Assembly (NCBI GenBank): GCA_963717145.1
Contig: OY970325.1
Location: 1,120,001 to 1,184,000 of the forward strand
Source of the DNA: an uncultured Armatimonadetes bacterium
GTDB taxonomy: Bacteria > Armatimonadota > UBA5829 > DTJY01
Length of the DNA stretch: 64,000 nt
Direction of reading: 5' to 3'
The position numbers were made by a program, and so were the translations under genes. The notes below the pieces were generated by a model. The model searched no databases. It was not told the DNA's origin and worked only from the letters and a program-made list of their open reading frames with translations. Positions 16,982-29,600 of the stretch are shown here, piece by piece (the stretch's first letter is position 1; each line of letters begins with the position of its first letter).

Positions 16982-19951
16982 CTAGTTCACTTCCGCGAGG
17001 ACCGGGGTGAGCGGAAGAAGGGTGGTGACCTTCTCACGCCCGCCGAGGCTCAGGAGGTCATGGGCCTCGATCTCGATGCCGGCGCGAAGGAGCTTGACAT
17101 CATATGGCTTGCCGCGCAGGTTCACGATATTGATGACCGTCCGACCGCCGACCTTGACCGGAAGCCATTCGACGCCCCAGATCGGTTCGCCGGTCTTTGC
17201 ATCGACGAGCGAATATGCCGATGAGATGGCCGCGAGGTCGAGTTCCTTGCGGAGAGCCGGCCAGATGACCTTCTCCGGGTCACCGTCCGGAATGCGGAGT
17301 GCGGAATGCGGATTGCGGAATGCGGAATCCGGAGTGGCGAGTGCGGAATGCGGACTGAGGAGGTCTTCGATCGCCTGCGGATCGCGCTTCTTGCCATACT
17401 CGTTTCGGGTGAAGCACTCATTCATGAAAAGCAGCCGCGTCGACAGAAGGCTGCGGATCGCCTGGAATGCCGCATCGGTGATCGTCTCGGCCTCGGGGAC
17501 GATGATCATCCTGTAGTCCGCGCCCTTGCCCGCCGCGAGCTGCTTCTCTGAGATGAAGTCGATCTTCACGCCGCAGGAGTTGAGCGCCTGGTAGGCCCGC
17601 ATTGCCGCGTCGGTATGCTGACCGTGACGGATGACCGACGACATCGAGTAGAGGATTGCGACACGAGCCCTCGCGGTCTCGAGCGCGGTCACCTCCTCGG
17701 CGAACCGGTTCAGATCGAGGCACGTCGTCCCGACCGCCTGCGCACATGCCGGTCGGTCGAGGATATTGCCGAGGAATCCCCACTTGTTGTCGTAGTCGCG
17801 CTCCCAGACCCAGATCGTCGTCGCGCCCTGGCCGTGGATCGCTCCCTGCCAGAGGGCGGTGCGGAAATGCTCTGCGGGTATGTAGTACTGCGAGCCGTCG
17901 GGGCTGATGTGGTTCTCGGAGTTGAAGACCGGCTTCCGCGCGAACGACCGCTGGAGGTCGTAGGACGTATTCAGCATCCACGGGTCCATCGGCCAGTCGG
18001 GATTGCCGGTCGGGAAGCTGTAGCAGTCGTTGCCGTTGATCTCCAGCAGGTTGCCGAACAACTCCTGGTCGGTGTTGAAGCCCACCTGGCCGGCGTTCAT
18101 CGCATTCGACATCACCTTGGCATGCGTCGGGACGTTCGGGGCAAGCTGATGGATGATGTCGGCCATCCACTTGTGCCAGCCGGCGAACCGCTGCTGGTTG
18201 AAGAACGTCCAATCGCAGGCCTGGGCGTCACCGCTGTAGGGCACGTCATCGAAGGAAGCATAAGGCGTCCCGTAGCGGAAATTGAGGGTGCCGATATGGC
18301 CATGGACGCGCTTGAGATAGTCGACCCACAGTCCCTTTGTGTTGTCACAGTTCACGGTGTCGATGAGCAGCGGCTCATTGGTGAGACAGAAGCTGTGGAG
18401 CGCGGGCTTATCCTTGAGAAGCGGAACGGCAACACGGAGGAACTGCTCGATCACCTGCTTCGCCGCCGGATCATCGACACAGAAGCCAAGCCACCCTCCC
18501 CCACCCTTGCCGAGATGCGGCCACTTGTTCATCGCCCACGCCGGGAAGTAGTGCGGGGAGAGCAGGACGTTGACCATGATGTTGTGCTTCGCCGCGTTGT
18601 CGAGCACCTTGGCGACATTCTTCAGGGCGGTCAGGTCCACCTTGTCCTCGGTCGGGAAGGTGATGCTCGGCCCGACTTCGATCTGGATGATATTCACCCC
18701 ATAGCTCGGGAATCGAGGGATATCCTCGCGCACCTGGCCGAAATGCCCGAGTCCGCAGAAGAAGACCGGTCCGACATCCTTCCGGCCCTTGGAGTCCACC
18801 CGGTCGCCGATGAAGCTGAGGCCCTCGATCGAGACATTGCCGGTCCGGAAGCGCTTGGTGACCGGTTCCAGAGTCGGGTCCTGCAGGTACGCCTTCATCA
18901 GCGCGATGCCGTCGTCGAGCGACCGATTGAAGTCGCCGATGGCCCACTTCGCGCGGTACTCGAGCCCGTGCCGGACGTCATCGCGGGCGTATGGGATGAA
19001 CTGCTCGAGCATCACCTTCGCTGCCGACGGGTAGTCGAGGTTGATGCCCTTCGCCTTGCACTGCGCATAGAGGGCGTCGAACTCCTTCTTGCGCGCCTCG
19101 ACGCCGTCGATCTCCTTGAGGACCGGCGAGTCGATGACTTCGGTGGTCACGCTCCCCTGGGCGAGGACGACTCCCCCGGTGTCGAGCACTCGGACGCGCA
19201 GGGTGTAGTCGCCAAAGGGCAGGTTGCCGACCTTCCACTCCCAGTCGATCTGGTTCTCGCCGGGCCTGACAGGACTGCGCTTCTCCGCGATCTTCCGTTC
19301 GCCGTACATGACGGTGGACTCGACGGTGGCGGCCTTCTTCGACGATGTCGTCAGGAAGACGCAGACGGGGACGGAGACCCCCTGCCCGATCACCTTCGGC
19401 TCGGTGAGTATCATGCCGTCGATGCCGTCGGCCTGCAGGCGGCCTCCGAGGGGCCGGAGAGAGACATCATCGACCGCGAGGGCCTGGCACTTGTTGGCGA
19501 TGTTGATCCCGAGGTTGATCGAGTACTGGCCGTGCTTGGTGGTGAACTCGATCGAGACCTTCTGCCAGTCGAACGTACCGGTCGGGAAGTTCAGGGTGTA
19601 GCTGTTCCAGTCGGTCATGTGGAATCCGCCCGGTTGGGTGCTCACCTCTTCCCCACGGACCCAGCAGCTCAGCTCGTACCTGGCGTTCGGCACGACGTTC
19701 GCGGTGGCATTGAACCTGCCGTAGACGTGCGGCGCCTGGCCGGACTCGTTGCTGAAGACGACGCATCGCTTGCCCGAGTGAGGGTCGGTCGTATCGATTA
19801 CGTAGGAAGCCCTGGCGGCGTTCATCGTCTGCCAACTCCAGCCGAGCGGTTCCTTCTCGAATCCGGGATCGGCGATCGTGGGAATGAGCACCGATGCACC
19901 GGCCATCGTGCAAAGTGCTGGGATTATGAGCGCAATCAGGATCAGCTTCAT
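16982..19951 (-). CDS. Secreted GH42-like beta-galactosidase family protein with an N-terminal CBM-like domain
   Basis: Signal peptide MKLILIALIIP with RBS GAGGA. Motifs PHYFPAW, LTNEP, PVFNSENH and a trimerisation-like VAILYS region. Confidence 0.75.
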   Translation of the reverse strand: MKLILIALIIPALCTMAGASVLIPTIADPGFEKEPLGWSWQTMNAARASYVIDTTDPHSGKRCVVFSNESGQAPHVYGRFNATANVVPNARYELSCWVRGEEVSTQPGGFHMTDWNSYTLNFPTGTFDWQKVSIEFTTKHGQYSINLGINIANKCQALAVDDVSLRPLGGRLQADGIDGMILTEPKVIGQGVSVPVCVFLTTSSKKAATVESTVMYGERKIAEKRSPVRPGENQIDWEWKVGNLPFGDYTLRVRVLDTGGVVLAQGSVTTEVIDSPVLKEIDGVEARKKEFDALYAQCKAKGINLDYPSAAKVMLEQFIPYARDDVRHGLEYRAKWAIGDFNRSLDDGIALMKAYLQDPTLEPVTKRFRTGNVSIEGLSFIGDRVDSKGRKDVGPVFFCGLGHFGQVREDIPRFPSYGVNIIQIEVGPSITFPTEDKVDLTALKNVAKVLDNAAKHNIMVNVLLSPHYFPAWAMNKWPHLGKGGGGWLGFCVDDPAAKQVIEQFLRVAVPLLKDKPALHSFCLTNEPLLIDTVNCDNTKGLWVDYLKRVHGHIGTLNFRYGTPYASFDDVPYSGDAQACDWTFFNQQRFAGWHKWMADIIHQLAPNVPTHAKVMSNAMNAGQVGFNTDQELFGNLLEINGNDCYSFPTGNPDWPMDPWMLNTSYDLQRSFARKPVFNSENHISPDGSQYYIPAEHFRTALWQGAIHGQGATTIWVWERDYDNKWGFLGNILDRPACAQAVGTTCLDLNRFAEEVTALETARARVAILYSMSSVIRHGQHTDAAMRAYQALNSCGVKIDFISEKQLAAGKGADYRMIIVPEAETITDAAFQAIRSLLSTRLLFMNECFTRNEYGKKRDPQAIEDLLSPHSALATPDSAFRNPHSALRIPDGDPEKVIWPALRKELDLAAISSAYSLVDAKTGEPIWGVEWLPVKVGGRTVINIVNLRGKPYDVKLLRAGIEIEAHDLLSLGGREKVTTLLPLTPVLAEVN

Positions 19952-20058
19952 CGTTTCCTCCGCGGGGTGAGCGCGCCAATTGATGGGACAGTGTTCGGCG
20001 ATGACATGGGTTTCTCCTTGACGTCGTCCAGGCCCAGAGTGTCGATGGTGCACTCCAG

Positions 20059-20136
20059 CGGCTGTCATTCTGAGCGAAGAGAAGAATCCGGCTGCAGCAT
20101 GGGCCGGATTCTTCTCTTCGCTCAGAATGACAGCCG
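20059..20136. repeat. TGTCATTCTGAGCG-type palindromic element (copy 1)
   Basis: 34-bp perfect inverted arms; a related copy lies at 49432-49506. Confidence 0.9.
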
Positions 20137-20175
20137 TTACCTCAATCGTGGGCTGCTTTGCAGAGCAGAATTCGT

Positions 20176-20204
20176 TTGACAAGTCGCCGATTCTGATGTA
20201 ATCT
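20176..20204 (+). promoter_or_regulatory. Sigma70-type promoter about 365 nt upstream of the Amidase_2 gene
   Basis: TTGACA-17 nt-TAATCT. Confidence 0.5.
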
Positions 20205-20570
20205 GGTGTCAACGCTCGTAGAGCAGTTCGACGATCGTTTTCTAATCGCATCCCAAGGCCACCAACGGTCCGCTAAGCCTCGAGCGAAGTAAAGTTGGGA
20301 GGGGTGCAATTGAACCAGCATTGTCTTTCGCCTCCGTAGCTACTGCCCTCGCAGTACCCGACGGTCAAGCGTCCTACCCGCACGCCTCCGGATTCCTCGA
20401 AAAGGGATCGGAAGGTTGAGGACGTTTCAGACCGTGACAGAAACATTCCACTTCGCCCACTGACCAGTATGCCATGCGACGCGTGGTCCGTTCGGCGCCT
20501 TACAGCTCCGGATCGCCAACTCACCCAGCGGCGATCGGGCAAGTGCGTGGGTATCAGGAGGTAACCATCC

Positions 20571-23500
20571 ATGAAGTCAGCACGCTCCGTCGTCTGGGCA
20601 ATCGCGCTCGTGACCCTGTTGAGCTTTGTTATCCCGAGCGCGGCTCAGAACACATCCGGTCCGGAAGGGTCCGGCTTACCGGCATTCGCGGCCAGCAACA
20701 CTGAGCCGTGGACCGGACCACTCATGCCGATATTCGAGAAAGCAGCGAAGGCACATGATATCCCGCTGCCATTGCTCCTCACACTCGCAAACTTCGGCAG
20801 CGCATTCGAAAATCGCGGCGACGCTCCAACCATCGAAACCGGCTACGGTGTGATGGCACTCCGCGAGAATGCGGTCCTCAACTCGCTTGCAGAGGGCGCT
20901 GATCTGGCCAAAGCTCCAAAGGCCAAAGTCAAGGTCAACCCGCAGGCGAATATCAACGCCGCGGCGGCGCTCCTGTCGTCGTATGCGAAGAAGATGGGCA
21001 TCGACCGCAGCCAGGGACTTGCCGCCTGGCTCGAACCGATCATCAAGTACGCGGGCCTCGATGAGGAGAACAGCAAGTTCTTCGCATATGAGGTGTTCGA
21101 GAGACTGCTGATCGGCCTGGACGTCAAGAACTCCCGCGGCGAAACCTTCTCGTTCCCGCCGCAGGATATCGGGGCCATCGATATCGGCCCGCTGAGACCT
21201 GCCGATATTCGATTTGCCAACGATGGCTCCGGCGCTCAGTCGTTGGGCACTGACTCCAGTATCGGGGAGGCGCTCTCTGCTCAGTATCCCCCGGCAATCT
21301 GGGATCCGGCGGCGACCTGCAACTACAGTGCCTACTACACGGGCAAGAACACGGTCGTCATCCATACTATCGAGGGTACGGCGGCCGGCTGCAGGTCCTG
21401 GTTCAAGAACTGCAACGCCCAGGTATCCGCTCACTACGTGACATCGGAAGCGGGCGGCGTTTGGCAGTGCGTGGATGAGACTTACAGAGCGTGGCACGTG
21501 GGATGCGCTAACAACTACTGCATCGGCATCGAGAACGAGGGCTATGCCGGCTCTCCAAGCCATCCCGCAAGCCTCTACAACGTCGCAGGACTTCTGACCA
21601 GAGACATCTGCGACAGTTGGGGCATCCAGAAGCAGCACAACGGCTGTCCGCCCGGTGTCCTCGGACACGTGGATATCAACAACTGCGTATGCGGCGGCAC
21701 TCACTGGGATCCAGGCGGTGGCTGGGACTGGGGCTACTTCATGGGAGTCGTGGTAGGCGCTCCGCCTCCTCCGACCTATGCCGCCCACTACGTCGGCCAG
21801 TCGTATCCCGCGACCATGGTCGCCGGATCGACCGCGGTGGCGTGGGCTGAATACATGAACGACGGCACGGCGACCTGGGGTCATGCCGCTACACGACTCG
21901 GCACTCAGGGCCCTCAGGACCGCTGCAGCCCGTTCTACGAGGCCGGCAACTGGATCAACTGTGGCCGCCCGAGTGAAGTCGACCAGAGCGCCGTCTCGAC
22001 CGGCCAGGTCGGGCGGTTCACCTTCGTCATGAGAGCACCGATGACTCCAGGCGCCTATGTGGAGCAGTACCGGCCTCTTCAGGAAGGCGTGACATGGTTC
22101 GGCGGTGACGTCACCTTCTGGATCACAGTTAACGCTTCCACCGGAGGCATCATCGGTACCGTCCGCAACTCGGTAGGCGGCGCAGGCATCTCCGGCGCTA
22201 CGGTCAGTATCGACGGCGGCGGATCGACTACGACTGATGCGAACGGTTACTACTCGTTCAGTGGGCTCAACGCCGGCGGGTACACACTGAATGCCAGCAA
22301 GTCGGGCTTCAATCCGGCAAGCGCCGGGGTTAGCGTGACCGCGGGGTCCAACACGATTCAGGACTTTTCGCTCACACCGACCGATACCCAGGCGCCGACT
22401 GTGCCGACCAACCTGGCGGCCGTTCCGGTCCTGCCGACTCAGATCAACCTGAGCTGGACTGCTTCGACCGACAACGTCGGAGTCACCGGATACAAGGTAT
22501 TCCGAGACGGCAACTTCCTAGGAGCAGTCAGCGGAACCACCTATCCCGACGGCGGCCTTGCGCCGAACACCAGTTACTCATATCGCGTGTCGGCCTACGA
22601 CGCGATCGGCAATGAGTCCGCTCAGTGCGGCGCGGTCGTCGATCTACTCCGCCGAACGAGTACATCATCGACAACACGGGGGCGACGTACACCGGGTCAT
22701 GGTCGACTGCTACCGCTTCCACTGACAAGTACGGCGCCGACTACCGATTCGCCAGCACCGCAGTCAATGAGAGCCGGACTGCGCGCTTCACGCCGAATCT
22801 GCCGAATGGCGGTACGTTCGACATATATGCATGGTGGACGGTCGGAACTAACAGGGCGACCAATTCGCCATACACCGTCTACTACAGCGGCGGCTCGCAG
22901 ACTATCAACGTAAACCAGCAGGTCTCCGGCGGAACGTGGAATCTGCTCTTTACCGGCAAGACCTTCGCCATAGGCACGGGCGGATACCTGAAACTCGGCA
23001 ACGGTACCGGCGCAACCGGCAAGATCGTTGTTGCCGATGCAGGGCGGTTCATCATGACCTCGGTGGATGCAATCCCGCCGAGCGTCCCGACGAATCTCGC
23101 TGGGAACCCAGTGTCGATGACCCAGGTGAATCTGACCTGGACCGAATCGACCGACAACGTCGCAGTGGCCGGTTACAACGTCTACCGCGACATGGTTCTG
23201 ATCGGCTCGACCGCGGGGGTCGCCTACAACGACACGACCTGCGCGCCGGGCACGGCATACAGCTACCAGGTAGCAGCGTATGACACGGCTGGCAACGAGT
23301 CGGCCCTGAGCGCGGCGGCAAACGTGACCACACCGATGGATACTGAGGCGCCGAGTATTCCGATGAACCTCGCCGGAACCGCGATCTCCGAGACCAGGGT
23401 AGACCTGACGTGGACCGCTTCAACCGACAACATCGGAGTGACCGGCTACAAGGTCTTCCGAGACGACGTCCAGATCGGGACGAGCGCAACCACTGCTTAC

Positions 23501-26344
23501 TCGGACACCACTTGCACCATAAACACCACGTACATGTACAAGGTGTCGGCTTATGATGCTATCGGCAACGAGTCCGCAAGGAGCACTGCCGCCGAGGTCA
23601 CGACTCTGGGCAATGACACAGAGGCTCCGACCGTTCCTGCGAACCTCCAGGCGACCGCGGTTTCCGCCACTCAGGTGGATCTGGCATGGGAGGGCTCGAC
23701 GGACAACGTCGGAGTCACCGGTTACAGGATCTTCCGCGACAATGTCGAGATCGCCACAAGCGCCTTGACGACCTATTCCGACACAACCTGCGCCGAGTAT
23801 ACGGCCTACACCTATGAGGTGTCAGCGTACGATGCATCGAGCAACGAGTCGGCAAGGAGCGCGGCTGCCAACGTCACGACACTCGACGTGACGGCTCCCG
23901 GCATCCCGGCCAATCTGGCCGCGACCGCGGTATCCGGCACTCAGGTAGATCTGATCTGGACCGCCTCGACTGACAATGTGGCCGTCACAGGCTACAAGGT
24001 CTTCCGGGACAGCGTTCAGATCGGTACGAGCGCGACGGCTTCGTACTCCGACACGACCTGCTCGCCTGCGACGACCTACACCTACGAGGTCTCGGCCTAC
24101 GACGCAGCCTCGAACGAGTCCGCCAAGAGCGCGCCGGATCAGGCAACCACCCCTGATACTGTCGCTCCGAGCGTTCCGACCAACCTGAATGCAACGGCGG
24201 TCTCGGGCACCCAGGTCGATCTGACCTGGACCGCCTCGACTGACAATGTGGCCGTTACCGGCTACAAGGTCTTCCGCGACAGCGTCCAGATCGGCACGAG
24301 TGCGACTGCTTCGTACTCCGATACGACCTGCTCGCCTGCGACGACCTACACCTATGAGGTATCGGCTTACGACGCAGCGACCAACGAGTTGGCGAAGAGC
24401 GCGCCCGACCAGGCGACGACTCCTGACACGATCGCTCCGACCGTTCCGACGAACCTCGGGACGACTGTGATATCCGGCACTCAGATCGACCTGAGTTGGA
24501 CCGGCTCCACCGATAACGTTGGGGTCACTGGCTACAAGGTCTATCGCAACAGCGTGCAGATAGGAACCAGCGCGACTCCGTCGTACTCGGATACGACCTG
24601 CTCGCCCGCGACTACCTACACCTATGAGGTAGCTGCTTACGACGCAGCCTCGAACGAGTCGGCAAAGAGTGCGCCCGCTCAGGGGACGACTCCCGACACG
24701 ATCGCGCCGAGTGCGCCCACCAACCTGGTGGGAACTCCGATAGCCTCGACTCGGATTGACCTGAGTTGGACTGCATCGAGCGACAACGTGGGAGTGACGG
24801 GATACAAGGTCTTCCGCAACAGCGTGCAAATCGGCACGAGCGGTACGACCAGCTACTCCGATACCACCTGCAGCCCCAACGTAACCTACACCTACGAGGT
24901 GTCGGCCTACGATGCGGCCCAGAACAACTCGGGCCTCAGCAATGCCGTCCAGGTGGCGACGGTGGCCAACACCGACATCATCATGGACAACACGTCGGCA
25001 ACCTACGCAGGCAGTTGGTTCACCGGCACAGCGGCGACCAACAAGTATGGCGCTGACTACCGGTACATCACCACTCAGGCTACTGAGACGGGGACTGCGA
25101 CGTGGACTCCCACAATCGACGTGGCGGGCTACTACAACGTCTACTGTTGGTATCCTCATGGAGGCAATCGGTCCGCGATAGCACCGTACACCATTCAGTG
25201 GGACGGCAGCTCGCAGACCGTTGCGGTCAATCAGCAGATCAACGGCGGCGTATGGGTCGCACTGGTCTCGGCCAAGCGGTTCCAGGCCGGCACAGCCGGT
25301 TACGCCAGAGTGGGCAACGGTACTGGTGAGGTCGCACTAAGCGTGATGGCGGATGCCGTCCGGTTCCTGCTGGTATCGGACGACCTGACTGCTCCGAGCG
25401 TACCGACGGATCTCGCGGCCAACGCCGTTTCGTCGAGTCAGATCGATCTGACCTGGACTGCATCCACCGATAACGTCGGTGTCAGCGGCTACAGGATCTT
25501 CCGTGACAACGTCGAGATAGGAACGAGCGCAACGACCTCCTACTCGAGCACCGGGCTCTCGGGAGGTACTCTCTACACGTACAAGGTGACGGCTTACGAC
25601 GCGATGGGCAATGAATCCGCCCAGAGCGCGCCCGCGAGCGCCACCACCTGGGACGGCATTCCGCCGACGGTTCCGACCGGCGTCGCAGCCTCGGCTGTCG
25701 GTCCCCAGAGGATCAACATCTCCTGGACCGCCTCCACGGATAACGTGGGCGTGACGGGATACAAGGTCTTCAGGAACGGCGGGTATGTTGGTTCCTCGGC
25801 GACCACGAGCTACTCCGACGGCGGCCTCGCACCGAACACGGGATACACCTATACCGTGTCGGCCTACGATGCCGCGACCAATGAGTCCGCTCAAAGCACG
25901 GGCGCGGGTGCGACGACTCCTGGATACCAGGAGACCATCATCGACAACCCGGGCTGCACATGGACCGGCGTGTGGACAACATCGACCTCGGGCACGACAA
26001 AGTACGGTGCGGACTACAAGTACGCCAGTACCGCCGTGAGCGAGGGCAAGACCGCGCGATGGACGCCGACGATTGCCTACGGCGGCAACTACGACATCTA
26101 CGCGTGGTGGACGGCGGGATCCAATAGAGCCACGAACTCCCCGTTCTTCGTGCAATGGAACGGCGGCTCTCAGACTGTCAGCACCAACCAGTCTACCAAC
26201 GGTGGAGCATGGAGAGTGCTGCTGACCGGCAAGAACTTCGCGGCCGGCACTGCCAGCTACCTAAAGCTGGGCAACGGAACAGGCGCTACCGGCAAGGTCG
26301 TTGTTGCCGATGCAGCGCGTTTCGTGCAGGTCAGCGGAGACTGA
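20571..26344 (+). CDS. Secreted N-acetylmuramoyl-L-alanine amidase (Amidase_2) with lysozyme/SLT-like N-domain, Ig-like and carboxypeptidase-regulatory-like domains, about 10 FN3 and 3 golvesin-like domains; one frameshift near 22640
   Basis: Motifs VVIHTIEG, SAHYV, AWHVG, IGIENEG, LGHVD and HWDPG. GYGVMAL...PQANINAAAALL is SLT-like. ORFs 20571-22913 and 22625-26344 join seamlessly. Confidence 0.85.
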
Positions 26345-26378
26345 TAGCCAACCGCTCGACAGATCGCACGTAACATCG

Positions 26379-26412
26379 AGGGCAGGGAGTGCATGCATTC
26401 CCTGCCCTTTTT
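26379..26412 (+). terminator. Terminator, AGGGCAGGG/CCCTGCCCT stem (copy 2)
   Basis: AGGGCAGGGAGTGC-AT-GCATTCCCTGCCCTTTTT. Confidence 0.8.
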
Positions 26413-26485
26413 CATTGTCTACGGATGCTCAGCAGTCACGTCGGCAATTGGACGGAAAATACTCTCGAATAATAGCATTTATGGC

Positions 26486-26513
26486 TTGACATGTCGGTGG
26501 CATAGAGTATAAT
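26486..26513 (+). promoter_or_regulatory. Consensus sigma70 promoter for the Amidase_3 gene
   Basis: TTGACA-16 nt-TATAAT. Confidence 0.75.
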
Positions 26514-26620
26514 AGGCGGGAAAGGCTCATCGAGCCAACCAGGGATCGTTTTCTGCTGCATCCATCCGAAGGCCACCAGCGATCGTAGGAGCAGGTGGGC
26601 CGACACATCTAATGGGAGGG

Positions 26621-29600
26621 ATGCAATTGAAAGCCTCACGTATTACACCCCCGCTTGCACTGCTCATGGCAGTGCTGGGATGCTTCCTGCTTGCAGGCAG
26701 CTCCCCCGCCGGGCCGGTGGCGTACATCGACCCCGTAGATGGCGACATATTCGTTGTCGATCATCCGGATGCCGTTGACGCTGTTTCGGCTCTGGCACTA
26801 CTCTCTTCACCACCGGCCAATATCCCCTTTGTACAGCAGGTGATATCGGCGGTACCGCCCGGCGCTAAGCTCCTCGACTTCGCCATGGAAGGTGACACGG
26901 CCGTGGTCACTTTCTCGAAGAACATGGTGACGGGACCCGTTGGCGAGGGTCAACTGGCCACTGTGTTCGACCAGGTGAGATGGACACTCTGGAACTATGG
27001 TTTCCAGGGCGATGTGAAGATCATGGTCGAAGGCAACCTGCTGTCGGACTACACTGATCCAACACCATTTGTCGGACAGCGTCCGTCTTGGGATCCGGAC
27101 GCTGTCGGGCTCGGCGGGCACAGCATCACGCTCTCGCCGGGACACGGCTCGGTACTGGAACGGCAGCGGATGGCATACCCAGCGTCCGGTGTACTGCTCT
27201 CCCCTGAACCAGGAGGACTTCCACACTCTAGAGATGGCGGCGACCCTCAGGACCTTCCTGTCGCAGGACAGCATGAACGTCAAGATGGCGCGCCAGATCA
27301 GCAAGACCTACGGCACCTACTCCGTCAGCGGCAAGCCGTGGTGGCAGATGGCGGGATGCTACTGGCTGAAGCAGGCCGGCTATCCCTGCAGCGTATACGG
27401 CAGCTCGTCCGGCTGCACTCTGGGCAGCGGCGCTGACGAGCACAGCGATGACATCCGAGCCAGGCCGCTTGCTTCCGACTACGATGCCACCAACATCTAC
27501 GTCTCGCTGCACACCAATGGCTACGGCGGCAACTGCAACGGTACCGGCTGCCCGAGAGGCACCATCACGTACTATGACTGCAGTTCGGAGCACGCATCCT
27601 GGTGCACGGTCAGTCAGAACCTGGCCGGGGACATACAGAATGCGCTGGTCAGTACGATCCGCTCCTACTATGACTCCGGTTGGACCAACCGCGGTACGGG
27701 CAACGGCAACGGCAACTACGGCGAGATCCGCATACCGAACAGAGCCGCCGTTCTCATCGAGTTGGCCTTCCACGATAGCTGCACCACGGACGCCCTCGCT
27801 CTGCGCGACAACTGGTTCCGCAGCGTATCTATGTGGGGCATCTACAAGGGCATTTGCGACTACTTCGGCGATACCCCGACGTGGGGGTTCTACTCCGACG
27901 AACTGGTCAGCAATACCATCCCGAGCACTATGAATACCGGCGAGACCAAGTCGGTCAGCGTCACCTTCCGAAACCGAGGTGTACTCTGGACCAATGCCAG
28001 GGCTTACAAACTCGGCGCGGTCGGTGACAGCGATCCGTTCACCGCTACGACCCGTCAACTGATCTCCGGAGAGGTCGGTCCGAACACGACCTACACGTTC
28101 ACATTTAACCTGACCGCTCCGAGCACGCCGGGCACTTACACCACAGACTGGCGCATGGTTCGTGACGGGTACACATGGTTCGGCGCTACCTGCTCTAAGG
28201 CTATCACGGTGTCAGGCAGCGACCTCCAGGCGCCGACCGTGCCCCAGAACCTGTCGGCAACGGCCGTGTCACCGTCTCAGGTCAACCTGACCTGGAGCGC
28301 TTCGACGGACAATGTCGGGGTCACTGGGTACAAGGTCTTCCGCGACAGCGTGCAGATCGGTACCTCGGCGACGGCCAGCTACTCTGACACCACGGCAACG
28401 GCAGCCACGACCTATAGCTACCAGGTCTCCGCTCATGATGCCGCCGGGAACAACTCCGCACTGAGCACCGCTGCCAACGTGACCACACCGGCGGTCGATG
28501 TGATCGTCGACAATCCGGCCGCCGTCCTTACGGGCGCGTGGTCTACAGGCACTGCATCCACCGACAAGTACGGCGCGGACTACCAGTTCGTAGGTACTGC
28601 TGCGACCGAGACCAAGAGCGCCAAGTGGACGCCCACCCTCACGTCAGGCGGCACATACAACGTGTACTGCTGGTACACTCAGGGAACCAACAGATCGACT
28701 GTTTCCCCGTACACCGTATCCTGGAATGGCGGCTCGCAGGTCGTTAATGTCAACCAGCAGACGAACGGCGGATCGTGGAGGACCTTGGTCTCCAGCAAGC
28801 CGTTTGCCGCGGGAACAGCCGGCTACGTCAGGCTCGGCAATGGCACTGGAGTAACCGGCGATGTCGTTGTCGCCGATGCAGTCCGGTTCGCAACCGTGTC
28901 TATCGACGTCACCGCTCCGACGGCTCCCTCGAACCTGGCCGCGACCGTTATCTCCGAGACGCAGGTGAACCTTACCTGGACCGGCTCGACCGATAACGTC
29001 GCCGTCACCCAGTATCGCATATACCGTGACGGATCTGAGATAGCGACGAGTACGACGACGTCCTACTCCGACACTAGCTGCTTGCCCGGCAACACCTACG
29101 AATACGAGGTGTCCGCGCTCGATGCCGCCGGAAACGAGTCACCGCTCAGCAATCTCGTCACTGCCACCACTGAGGGCGATTCGACGGCGCCAAGCACTCC
29201 GACCAACCTGGCGGCCACCGTGCTGTCGCAGACCGAGATCAGCCTGAGTTGGACCGCCTCGACCGACAACATCGGTGTCGCCGGATACATCATCTACCGG
29301 GATAACGAGGAACTCGCCACTAGCGCGACCACCTCGTTCATAGATACCACCTGCGCTCCGAGTACGACGTACTCGTATCAGGTGTCGGCATACGATGCAC
29401 GGATGAACGAGTCGGTGCTGAGCGAAGCGGTTCAGGCGACGACTCAGAGCAATGACACCGCCGCTCCGACAGTTCCCACGGAACTCGCTGCAACGGCGGT
29501 ATCCGGCACTCAGATCGACCTGACCTGGGTCGCCTCCGTGGACAACGTAGCGGTCACCGGGTACAGGATCTTCCGCGATAACGTGGAGATCGCGACAACC

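Noticed and set aside
17615-20179. 854-aa plus-strand ORF (likewise 41105-42832, 52635-54434, 50777-52033, 23822-25159)
   Set aside because: These are antisense shadows of well-supported genes in high-GC DNA and have no recognisable motifs.
19952-20251. N-terminal extensions of ORF-track calls (also 37970-38494, 63616-63906, 38996-39058)
   Set aside because: They read through palindromic repeats or opposite-strand genes; better starts lie downstream.
22625-22660. Programmed frameshift or phase variation in the amidase genes
   Set aside because: No slippery heptamer or homopolymer tract is present, and similar indels occur in housekeeping genes.
23900-24750. DGR template/variable repeat among the 270-bp FN3 repeats
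   Set aside because: No reverse transcriptase is present, and the differences look like ordinary, largely synonymous changes rather than adenine-specific ones.
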